Of a stretch of 64,000 bases of DNA, positions 18,399-26,460 are shown one piece after another. Within the stretch, counting starts at the first letter, position 1; each line of letters begins with the position of its first letter. Both the position numbers and the translations under genes were made by a program. Origin of the DNA: Planctomycetota bacterium (lineage in GTDB: Bacteria > Planctomycetota > UBA8108 > UBA1146); contig JAYZBV010000113.1 in the NCBI GenBank assembly GCA_036338595.1, forward strand, positions 43,216 to 107,215, read 5' to 3'. The notes beneath the pieces are model-generated. The model had not been told where the DNA came from. It searched no databases and saw only the letters and a list, made by a program, of their open reading frames with translations.

Positions 18399-19127
18399 AT
18401 GGCAATAGATGTGGTCAGGCGGGTATTGCTGAAATTGAGTGGTGAGGCGCTCGGCGGTCCCTCAGGCACCGGGCTAGACCACCTGGCATTGACGGCCATT
18501 TCCTCCCAGATCGCCAAAGCCTCAGGATCCGTCGAACTTGCCATCGTTGTCGGAGCGGGCAACATCTGCAGGGGAGCCGACTGGGATTCGGAAAGTTTCC
18601 ACAGGACCGACGCCGATGCCATCGGTATGGCGGCCACCCATGTCAACGCACTGGCTCTCAGTGCCCATCTCGGATTCGCTGGACTCGATACGATGGTGAT
18701 GGGCGCTGGTTCCCCGGTTCCCCAGGTCCGCCCCTTCGATTCGGGCCTCGCCAGGGAGGCGCTGGCTGCAGGGACAACCGTGGTACTTTCAGGCGGCACC
18801 GGAAATCCATTTTTCACCACGGATACCTGTGCTGCACTTCGGGCTGCGGAACTGAACTGTACTGAACTTCTCAAGGGGACAAAGCATGACGGCATCTATG
18901 ATCGAGATCCTGCCGAGCACCCGGATGCTCGAAGACTGGATAGCACAACCTTTGACCACGTCCTGGAGCAGGGGCTCGAGGCGATGGATGCCTCCGCATT
19001 CGCCCTTTGCCGAGATCAGCAGATTTCGCTTCGTATCTTTGACATGACCCGTGAGAATGCAATCCATGAGGCCCTGCGCGGCGAGCCCGTGGGGTCCTTG
19101 ATCAGTCAGAAATCAGCAACATCATAG
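18399..19127 (+). CDS. pyrH: UMP kinase
   Basis: RVLLKLSGEALGG, VVGAGNICRG and GGTGNPFFTTD motifs. Confidence 0.93.
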   Translation: MAIDVVRRVLLKLSGEALGGPSGTGLDHLALTAISSQIAKASGSVELAIVVGAGNICRGADWDSESFHRTDADAIGMAATHVNALALSAHLGFAGLDTMVMGAGSPVPQVRPFDSGLAREALAAGTTVVLSGGTGNPFFTTDTCAALRAAELNCTELLKGTKHDGIYDRDPAEHPDARRLDSTTFDHVLEQGLEAMDASAFALCRDQQISLRIFDMTRENAIHEALRGEPVGSLISQKSATS

Positions 19128-19141
19128 CGTGGAGGTTCAAG

Positions 19142-19696
19142 GTGGAGGAAGTCATCATCGATGCCGAGGAGCGCATGACCAAGGCGCTGGATCATCTCCG
19201 TGTGGAGATGAGAAGCATGCGTACCGGCAGGGCACACCCCGGATTGGTCGAGTCAATCAGAGTCGATTACTACGGTACACAAACCCCATTGAAACAACTG
19301 GCCAACATCTCTGTCCCGGAACCCGACCAGATCGTCGTAAAACCATTCGATGCCAGCGCGATTGCAGACATCGAGAAGGGGATCCTCACTTCGGATCTGG
19401 GGATAACGCCACAGAATGATGGGAAGTTGCTCCGTTTGAAGGTTCCTCCCCTGTCGGAAGAGCGGCGCAAACAGCTCGTCTCCAGGGCGAAAGAGGTCGC
19501 GGAGGAGTCCAGGGTATCGATGCGCAACATCCGCAGGGATGCCAACAAGCACATCGATACCTCCAAGAAGGACGGGGATCTCTCTGAAGATGATCAGGCG
19601 AGGTTCAAGGATCAGATCCAGGAAGTCCTCAAATCAGTAGAGAAACAGGTCGATGAGGACCTGAAGCGAAAGACAGAAGAGTTGATGGAGATCTGA
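19142..19696 (+). CDS. frr: ribosome recycling factor
   Basis: 184 aa. MTKALDHLRVEMRSMRTGRAHPGLVESIRVDYYG...LSEERRKQLV. GTG start. Confidence 0.93.
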   Translation: MEEVIIDAEERMTKALDHLRVEMRSMRTGRAHPGLVESIRVDYYGTQTPLKQLANISVPEPDQIVVKPFDASAIADIEKGILTSDLGITPQNDGKLLRLKVPPLSEERRKQLVSRAKEVAEESRVSMRNIRRDANKHIDTSKKDGDLSEDDQARFKDQIQEVLKSVEKQVDEDLKRKTEELMEI

Positions 19697-19714
19697 TCAG
19701 AGAGAGGGAAGACA

Positions 19715-19743
19715 TTGACGGACCCAACGTGGGTCGGTACATT
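19715..19743 (+). promoter_or_regulatory. sigma-70-like promoter candidate for the tRNA-Lys/tRNA-Glu pair
   Basis: TTGACG (19715-19720), 17-nt spacer, TACATT (19738-19743), ending 12 nt before the tRNA-Lys 5' end. Confidence 0.5.
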
Positions 19744-19755
19744 TCGTCGCTGCAC

Positions 19756-19828
19756 GGGAGCATAGCTCAGTCGGTAGAGCAACGCCCTTTTAAGGCGTCG
19801 GTCGTTGGTTCGAGCCCAACTGCTCTCA
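19756..19828 (+). tRNA. tRNA-Lys (anticodon UUU), CCA not encoded
   Basis: Acceptor GGGAGCA/TGCTCTC. D-arm GCTC-AGTCGGTA-GAGC. Anticodon stem ACGCC/GGCGT with loop CTTTTAA. T-arm GTTGG-TTCGAGC-CCAAC. Confidence 0.92.
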
Positions 19829-19839
19829 CTTGAAATCGA

Positions 19840-19914
19840 GGCCCCATCGTCTAGTCAGGTCTAGGACATCAGGTTTTCATCCTGAGAACAGGGGTTCGAA
19901 TCCCCTTGGGGTCA
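19840..19914 (+). tRNA. tRNA-Glu (anticodon UUC), CCA not encoded
   Basis: Acceptor GGCCCCA/TGGGGTC. Anticodon stem TCAGG/CCTGA with loop TTTTCAT. T-arm AGGGG-TTCGAAT-CCCCT. Confidence 0.92.
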
Positions 19915-20150
19915 AAAATGGAGGGGGTCGATGTTGTCCTGCATCGGCCCCTGTTTCTTTGCCGGAGCCACCCACGAGGCGAAAAATCTGCTTCCCTGGC
20001 CGCTTCTATCGCGCTGCCTTCGCCAGGAGACGGTCGGATGCTCCACGGGCCCCAGGAATCAATTCTCGCGGAACCTATCCCTGTGTACCATCCAGATCCA
20101 CGGGTCGAGAACCGCGTGGCAATTCGTCCAGTTATGGAGAGGGATATCCA

Positions 20151-21317
20151 ATGGAGCCTTTCGAGGGGTCTGACTTCTACAACCTGGATGATCTGTTCAC
20201 GGAGGAGCAGCGCCTCATCCGGGATACGGTCCGTGACTTTGTCGAAGATCAGGTGATCCCCGTGATCGAGGATTGTTTCATGGAGGATCGCTTTCCAGAT
20301 CAGGTCATTCCTGCCCTGGGCGAACTGGGCTTGCTCGGTGCCAATCTCCAGGGCTATGAGTGTGCTGGATTGGATAACATCTCCTACGGATTGATCATGC
20401 AGGAACTCGAAAGAGGTGATAGTGGCTTGCGTTCCTTCGTGAGCGTTCAGGGTGGTCTCGTGATGTATCCCATCCATCGATATGGAAGTGATGAACAGAA
20501 ACAGAAGTTCCTCCCCGAACTGGCTGCCGGGCGAATGATTGGTTGTTTCGGCCTGACAGAGCCGGACCACGGCTCCGATCCCAGCGGCATGATCACCCAC
20601 GCTGTGCTGGATGGGGATGAGTACATTCTGAACGGCAACAAGATGTGGATTACCAACGGGTGCGTCAGTGACGTTGCCGTTGTCTGGGCCAAATTGGATG
20701 GCCGTATTCGTGGCTTTCTGGTCGAAAAAGGCACGGAGGGTTTTTCGACGACGAAGCAGGGCAAGAAGTTCTCACTGAGGGCATCGACAACATCGGAGCT
20801 GCACTTTCAGGATTGCCGAATTCCAGCGGAAAACCTGCTGCCTGGTGCCGACGGACTCGGCGGACCGCTCTCATGCTTGACGCAGGCGCGCTACGGAATC
20901 GCCTGGGGCGTGGTCGGATCCGCAATGGCTTCATTTGATGCTGCCAGGAAATACTCTCTGAGTCGCATCCAGTTTGATAAACCCATCGGCAGTTTCCAGC
21001 TGGTACAGGCAAAGTTAGCCGAGATGCTCTCGGAGATCACCAAGGCTCAGCTGCTGTGCCTTCGTCTTGCCCAGTTGAAGGACTCCGGGAAGATGACCGC
21101 CCAGCACGTCTCATTGTCGAAACGTAACAATGTTTACTGGGCGCTAGAGATCGCTCGTTCTGCCAGAGATCTTCTCGGTGCAAATGGGGTCACGCATGAA
21201 TACCCGGTGGGTAGGCACATGCTCAACCTCGAATCGGTGAAGACCTACGAGGGCACTCACGACATTCATACCCTGATCCTCGGGCACGAGATCACGGGAA
21301 TACCCGCATACAAGTAG
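20151..21317 (+). CDS. gcdH: glutaryl-CoA dehydrogenase (acyl-CoA dehydrogenase family)
   Basis: 388 aa from the ATG at 20151. Colinear with GCDH (LTEEQRLIRDTVRDF, CFGLTEPDHGSDP, KMWITNG, YEGTHDIHTLILG). The ORF-track start at 19830 runs through tRNA-Glu and is an artefact. Confidence 0.88.
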   Translation: MEPFEGSDFYNLDDLFTEEQRLIRDTVRDFVEDQVIPVIEDCFMEDRFPDQVIPALGELGLLGANLQGYECAGLDNISYGLIMQELERGDSGLRSFVSVQGGLVMYPIHRYGSDEQKQKFLPELAAGRMIGCFGLTEPDHGSDPSGMITHAVLDGDEYILNGNKMWITNGCVSDVAVVWAKLDGRIRGFLVEKGTEGFSTTKQGKKFSLRASTTSELHFQDCRIPAENLLPGADGLGGPLSCLTQARYGIAWGVVGSAMASFDAARKYSLSRIQFDKPIGSFQLVQAKLAEMLSEITKAQLLCLRLAQLKDSGKMTAQHVSLSKRNNVYWALEIARSARDLLGANGVTHEYPVGRHMLNLESVKTYEGTHDIHTLILGHEITGIPAYK

Positions 21318-21416
21318 TTCGAACGCACTGGTGGGTGTGACCTCTGAGTTGGATTCGGGTATCATTCTGGTATACCCGATCAGCGATCTGGTATTGCCCA
21401 GAGGAAGCGGGGAAGA

Positions 21417-23660
21417 GTGAGCGCAGCATCTGATTTCATCAGTAAATTTCGACATACGTCTCTGGATAGATTCGAGGCCAGGCATCGGCTGCGAAGTGTC
21501 ACAGGTTTCATCGAGGATTTTCTATCGAGTCCGTATCCCTATCTGAGAAATTCTCCCCGATACCTCTGTGACATGTTCGAGTATTACGGAACTGAGGAGG
21601 TTCAACGGGTCGGAATGATCGACCGTCGGTGGAAACTCTTCAATCTTGGCTTCTCTCGAGCAGAGGAGTCGCTCGTTGCGCAGGAAAGGGTCCAGAATTC
21701 GATCTATCTGAAGTTGCGACAGTTCGCCAGAAATGGGATCGCGGATCGGTTGATCTTGCTTCACGGGCCCAATGGATCCGCCAAATCAACGACCATCCAG
21801 TCGATCATGCACGCCATGACTCACTACAGCACCCTTCTCGAGGGTTCGATGTACAGATTCAACTGGATCTTTCCGCTCAAATCGAGCGAGGCGGGCAAGA
21901 TCGGATTTGAAGAGGATGAAGGTTCAGAAAGCGGCACCTACGCTTTCCTCAAGGCCGAGGATATCGGGTCCATCATTCGCTGCGAGTTGAAAGACTCGCC
22001 ATTGTTCCTCATTCCAAGACAGGAGCGAAAGGAACTGATTGACCGAGCCATGGCTGCTCACCCTGAAATCGCCGAGATGGATCAATTCAATTACGATTGG
22101 GCCATTCATGGTGACCTGAGTCAGAAGAGCAAATGGATCTACGAAGCGTTGCTGGCTGCGAATCAAGGCGACTGGAGCAAGGTGATGCGCCACATCCAGG
22201 TCGAACGTTTCTTCCACTCAAAACGATACCGGCTTGGATGTATCAGCATTGAACCCCAGGGGAATATTGATGCCCAGACACGATTGATGGCATACGAAGG
22301 CAATGCTTTACCCGGCGTGCTTCATGGAATGCCCCTCTACGAGCTGGAGGGGGAACTGGTCGACTCCAATCGGGGACTGTGTGAATACTCTGATTTCCTC
22401 AAGCGTCCTCCCGAGACCAATAAATACCTGCTCACCACATCAGAAAAGGGCACGATCCAACTACCCAATTACAGGGCACATCTCGACATCGTACTGACCG
22501 GCACTGCCAACGAGAAACAACTCAATCTGTTCAAGAGAACTCCAGATTTCTCATCCTTCAAGGGAAGACTCAGCTTTGTCAGGGTTCCATACCTGTTGCA
22601 GTACTCCAGAGAAGCGGAACTGTACCAGCGTAATATTCAGACACATGCGATCGGAAAATCCGTAGCGCCCCATACCGCAGAAATGACTGCACTGTGGGCC
22701 GTCCTGACCAGACTCAAGAGACCGTCTCCGAAGAATCACCACCCTGATCTGGCTCCGGTTGTCGCGCGACTGACGCCGATGCAAAAGGCACTCCTCTATG
22801 ACCACGGCGAGACCCCATCCGAGTTCAAGGCCGATGATCAAAAATTGCTCAGTCAGAACATTCGTGCATTGCGAGAAGAACACGAGGAGGCAGAGGGGGA
22901 GTTTGAAGGAATTTACGGTTCTGAATACGAGGGGCGTAGAGGAGTTTCTCCTCGAGAGATGATCACCATGATAGCACTGGCGGCTGAGGACAGTACTCGA
23001 TCATGTCTATCTCCGCTGACCATGTTCGAGGAGATCGAGAGTTTCATCAAAGAATCTAGCGTTCACGACTTTCTCAGGTTGCCAGTTGATAACGGATATA
23101 ACGATTGTGCCCAGTTCATCGACCAAGTTCGCTCACACTATCTTGAAATCGTAAGACACGAGATATTTGATAGCATCGGACTGGTAGACGAAGCTGAGTT
23201 TGACAGGATCTTCGGTGATTACTTCAAGCACATCAAAGCGTTTGATACCGGCACCACGATCTATCATGAGTCTACTGGTGAGCATGTCACAGCTTCTACA
23301 GATCTGATGAAGCGGGTAGAAGAGATGCTCGACATCCAGGTGAGTGTCCCCGAATTCCGCTCGGGGTTGTTGAGCAAAATAGGTGCCTATGCAACGGACA
23401 ATCCTGATGTCGAGTTGAAGTTCAAGATGGTATTTCCGGATCTCTTCACCAAGCTCAAGAGCTCGATCTGGAATGAACGATCTTCGACAATGCTACGGAT
23501 TCAACGCGATGTACTGAGGTACTTCACGGATGAGCGCAGCGCTCTGACCGAAGAAGAGATTGTCACTGCAGAGTCGGTGTTGCGGCGACTTCAAGAGCGT
23601 CACGGATACGACGAAGAGAGCGCCAAGGACATCATCGGGTTCGTGGCTACCAGCAGCTGA
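21417..23660 (+). CDS. prkA: PrkA/YeaG-family AAA-type putative serine protein kinase
   Basis: 747 aa. Walker A LLHGPNGSAKST. The central block CEYSDFLKRPPETNKYLLTTSEKGTIQL...FVRVPYLLQYSREAELY is colinear with E. coli YeaG as I recall it. GTG start. Confidence 0.8.
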   Translation: MSAASDFISKFRHTSLDRFEARHRLRSVTGFIEDFLSSPYPYLRNSPRYLCDMFEYYGTEEVQRVGMIDRRWKLFNLGFSRAEESLVAQERVQNSIYLKLRQFARNGIADRLILLHGPNGSAKSTTIQSIMHAMTHYSTLLEGSMYRFNWIFPLKSSEAGKIGFEEDEGSESGTYAFLKAEDIGSIIRCELKDSPLFLIPRQERKELIDRAMAAHPEIAEMDQFNYDWAIHGDLSQKSKWIYEALLAANQGDWSKVMRHIQVERFFHSKRYRLGCISIEPQGNIDAQTRLMAYEGNALPGVLHGMPLYELEGELVDSNRGLCEYSDFLKRPPETNKYLLTTSEKGTIQLPNYRAHLDIVLTGTANEKQLNLFKRTPDFSSFKGRLSFVRVPYLLQYSREAELYQRNIQTHAIGKSVAPHTAEMTALWAVLTRLKRPSPKNHHPDLAPVVARLTPMQKALLYDHGETPSEFKADDQKLLSQNIRALREEHEEAEGEFEGIYGSEYEGRRGVSPREMITMIALAAEDSTRSCLSPLTMFEEIESFIKESSVHDFLRLPVDNGYNDCAQFIDQVRSHYLEIVRHEIFDSIGLVDEAEFDRIFGDYFKHIKAFDTGTTIYHESTGEHVTASTDLMKRVEEMLDIQVSVPEFRSGLLSKIGAYATDNPDVELKFKMVFPDLFTKLKSSIWNERSSTMLRIQRDVLRYFTDERSALTEEEIVTAESVLRRLQERHGYDEESAKDIIGFVATSS

Positions 23661-23677
23661 GGGATATCTCAGTCGAT

Positions 23678-24757
23678 CTACTTGACCGCCTTGAAGTCTG
23701 GAGTTGTATCCGACAACTTCTCGAGCCATCTGCGTAAGAAGCCCAGTTCTCGAGATTCAATCCCTGGCATATCTCCATCGAGATCGCCGATCGATTCTCT
23801 CACCCGCTGGATGACGTCATCCTGGGTCAAGCCCTCTGCATCCGCGTGCACGCTGAGCACGATACGGTGACGTAGTGACGGCAGGATCACCTCGTCCAGG
23901 TCTTCAGCGATCACCGTGTTTCTACCTCGCAATGCAGCCAGTGCCCTTGAAGTGGTGAGCATCGTCTGGATTCCTCGTGGGCCTGCACCATGAGACAGCA
24001 ACTCCCTGGCCACATCGCTGCCGTCTTCTTCACCGGGGCGAGTGGCTCGCACCAGCCGTATCGCCCTGAGTAGAACCCAGTCCGGGATCTCAACCTTGCG
24101 GATCTCTTCGATCGCTTCCGTGATCCAGGATCCCGGAATCACCGGCTGAAGTGGTTCCTCGATGCGTGCAGTCGTGCTGGATACCACATCCAGTTCCTCA
24201 GATGCGTCGGGGTAATCCAGCATCACCTGGAAGGCAAATCGGTCCAGCTGGGTCGATGGAAGCGCATAGGTGCCTTCCTGATCGAGCGGATTCTGTGTTG
24301 CCATGACGAAAAAAGGTACGGGCAGTTTGTGTCTACGGCCCATCACAGTGACCTGTCCCTCTTCCATCGCTTCCAGTAATGCGGCCTGAGTCTTGGGAGG
24401 TGTACGGTTGATTTCGTCGCCCAGCATCAAGTTGGCGAAGAGTGGCCCTTTCCTGAAACGAAAGCCCCGGTCCGATCCAGCGGAGTCTGCAGTCAGGATC
24501 GAAGTTCCGGTGATGTCCTGAGGCATCAGGTCAGGAGTGAATTGCACCCTGCTAAATTGCAAATCCAGAAGTTCAGAAAGTGACCGGATCATCAGGGTCT
24601 TGGCCAGACCTGGAACGCCAATCACGAGAATGTGTCCTCCGGCAAAGAATGCGGTGAGAATCTGCTGAATTGCGGAATCCTGGCCGATGATCCTCGTCGA
24701 CAGTCCTTCCCGGATGCGCTGCTGGACCGCAGCCAGTCCGCCGTAATCAGCGTCCAT
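23678..24757 (-). CDS. MoxR-family AAA+ ATPase
   Basis: HILVIGVPGLAKTLMIRSLSELLDLQFSRVQFTPDLMPQDITGT, Walker B LGDEINR, and ATQNPLDQEGTYALP. The ATG at 24757 overlaps the mazG stop by 11 nt; the ORF track extends to 24943. Confidence 0.88.
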   Translation of the reverse strand: MDADYGGLAAVQQRIREGLSTRIIGQDSAIQQILTAFFAGGHILVIGVPGLAKTLMIRSLSELLDLQFSRVQFTPDLMPQDITGTSILTADSAGSDRGFRFRKGPLFANLMLGDEINRTPPKTQAALLEAMEEGQVTVMGRRHKLPVPFFVMATQNPLDQEGTYALPSTQLDRFAFQVMLDYPDASEELDVVSSTTARIEEPLQPVIPGSWITEAIEEIRKVEIPDWVLLRAIRLVRATRPGEEDGSDVARELLSHGAGPRGIQTMLTTSRALAALRGRNTVIAEDLDEVILPSLRHRIVLSVHADAEGLTQDDVIQRVRESIGDLDGDMPGIESRELGFLRRWLEKLSDTTPDFKAVK

Positions 24758-25565
24758 CGGTTTCCTCTTCCTCGCGTGCTTTTCCCTGCTGATACCATTC
24801 TTCCAACTGGTCAAGATCTGCGCTGATGTCGCCCCCGAGTTGTTCATCGATGTAAGAAAACCGATGACGAAAGCGCTCGAGGGAGTCGTTGAGCGCCTGC
24901 TCGGGATCGATATCCAGTTTTCTGGAGATACTGGAGGCCGCAAATAGCAGGTCTCCTATCTCATGGTGAATCGCACTCTGGTTCGCATCTCTCACCGCTT
25001 CCGTCAACTCTGCCACCTCTTCCGTCAACTTATCCAGTGCGCCACCCAGTGCAGGCCAGTCGAAACCGACCTCTGCCGCCATCTTGCCGACCCTGTCTGC
25101 TCGCGCCAGAGCGGGCAAGGAGGCGGGCAGGGTTCTGATTGTCGGAGAGTGTTGGTTCACCTCTCCCTTTTCCTGGCTCTTGATCTGATCCCAGTTCCTA
25201 CGGACCGCATCGGGATCGTCGGCTACCCCATCCGCAAAAACATGAGGATGTCTTCGAATTAACTTTTCGGAAATTCCATGTGCAATATTTTCCAGCGTGA
25301 ACTCGCCGCTTTCTTCGCCAATACGCGCTTGTAGGTGGATGTTCATCAGAAGATCACCCAGTTCCTCGCAGATCCGTTCCGGGTCTCCCGAATGTATCGC
25401 CTCTGCCGCTTCGTGGGCCTCCTCCAGCAGGAATGGCTTCAGGCTCTCGGCGGTCTGCGCAAGATCCCATGGGCATCCTCCAGGAGATCGGAGCCGATCG
25501 ATGATCCCCTTGAGTCGAGCCATCTCGAGCATCGGGGAAGGCTTCGGAAGATCTCTGGAGGTCAT
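24747..25565 (-). CDS. mazG: nucleoside triphosphate pyrophosphohydrolase MazG
   Basis: Tandem MazG domains (GCPWDLAQTAESLKPFLLEEAHEAAEAI...ELGDLLMN and EEVAELTEAV...EIGDLLFA). The start is uncertain: 25565, 25532 or the ORF limit at 25652. Confidence 0.88.
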   Translation of the reverse strand: MTSRDLPKPSPMLEMARLKGIIDRLRSPGGCPWDLAQTAESLKPFLLEEAHEAAEAIHSGDPERICEELGDLLMNIHLQARIGEESGEFTLENIAHGISEKLIRRHPHVFADGVADDPDAVRRNWDQIKSQEKGEVNQHSPTIRTLPASLPALARADRVGKMAAEVGFDWPALGGALDKLTEEVAELTEAVRDANQSAIHHEIGDLLFAASSISRKLDIDPEQALNDSLERFRHRFSYIDEQLGGDISADLDQLEEWYQQGKAREEEETDGR

Positions 25566-25995
25566 GAGAAGACGCCTTTCCATTGCTGACCAGACCCGGA
25601 CCCCGGACGACCAGTGTCCGGATGACTTTCCAGGATCGTACAGCAGCAGCACAGCATCAAGTCAACACGGGCACTGTATCGCGAGGTGCTGGACACGAAG
25701 GTAGCGGCATGGCGCTTGCAATCATTTCGTTGATCTCCGGGTGCACCGGGCACCGGAGGCGGTAACGGTTCCAGTCCTCACGGGGTGAAGGAAGAGGCGG
25801 GGAGGCGTCTCACGGTGTCATCTGGCACCACAGATCAGCTGTCCGGGGAGACGGGGAAGGAAGTGGTCCAACCCCGATGTCAGTAGAAGAGGGGATCGTC
25901 TCGCCAGTGGATCCACTCTCCCCGGTCACAGCTGCCCTGGATCTGGAGAGCCGAGAATCGCGTAGGAAGGGGCCCGCCGCTGATGCTAGTGCAGT

Positions 25996-26322
25996 TCACT
26001 CACGATCGATCACGATCGCTCTGGGAGGGACCTTGCCGCCTCTGAGGTCGACCAGCCGGATCTTCTTGTCGGTACCCTGAAATACCAGCGTGTAGTTGCC
26101 CGATGTCCCGTTTGCATGCACCAGTTCCCCGAACTCGGTGGGGATCGTGCCTGCGTTGGTGAAATTCCAACGAGGAGCTTTTTTTGACTGTGCTGCTGCC
26201 GTGCCCTGATTCCGGGAGGAAAGGCCCATCGGGAGGAGCCAGATCACGGCCACAGCCAGTATCAGTGTCGTTCTCAGTAACAGTGCCGAGGAGCCGCCTG
26301 GACCCCTTTTGTGCTCTTGCAT
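25996..26322 (-). CDS. small secreted hypothetical protein
   Basis: 108 aa from the ATG at 26322 (AGGAAAGGA upstream). N-terminal hydrophobic signal (LLLRTTLILAVAVIWLLP). No recognisable domain. Confidence 0.5.
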   Translation of the reverse strand: MQEHKRGPGGSSALLLRTTLILAVAVIWLLPMGLSSRNQGTAAAQSKKAPRWNFTNAGTIPTEFGELVHANGTSGNYTLVFQGTDKKIRLVDLRGGKVPPRAIVIDRE

Positions 26323-26460
26323 CTCGTATCCTTTCCTGCAGAAATCGCTCAATTCAGCAACGAGAGGGACTCCTCCGTCGGGAGCGTTTGATCCGCGTCC
26401 TATCTCCACTATAAAATGTGTCGGAGAGCAGACGTACAAATTTCTCGGTGGGAGGGTAGA

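Noticed and set aside
19830-20150. N-terminal 107-aa extension of the acyl-CoA dehydrogenase ORF
   Set aside because: The extension reads straight through tRNA-Glu and has Arg/Pro/Ser-rich junk composition. The family-typical N-terminus begins at the ATG at 20151.
25830-25880. SRP (4.5S) RNA-like GGAAGGAAG motif
   Set aside because: The surrounding sequence does not reproduce the GGUCC-GGAA-GGAAGCAGCC helix 8 arrangement or the closing helix. It is probably chance in a purine-rich spacer.
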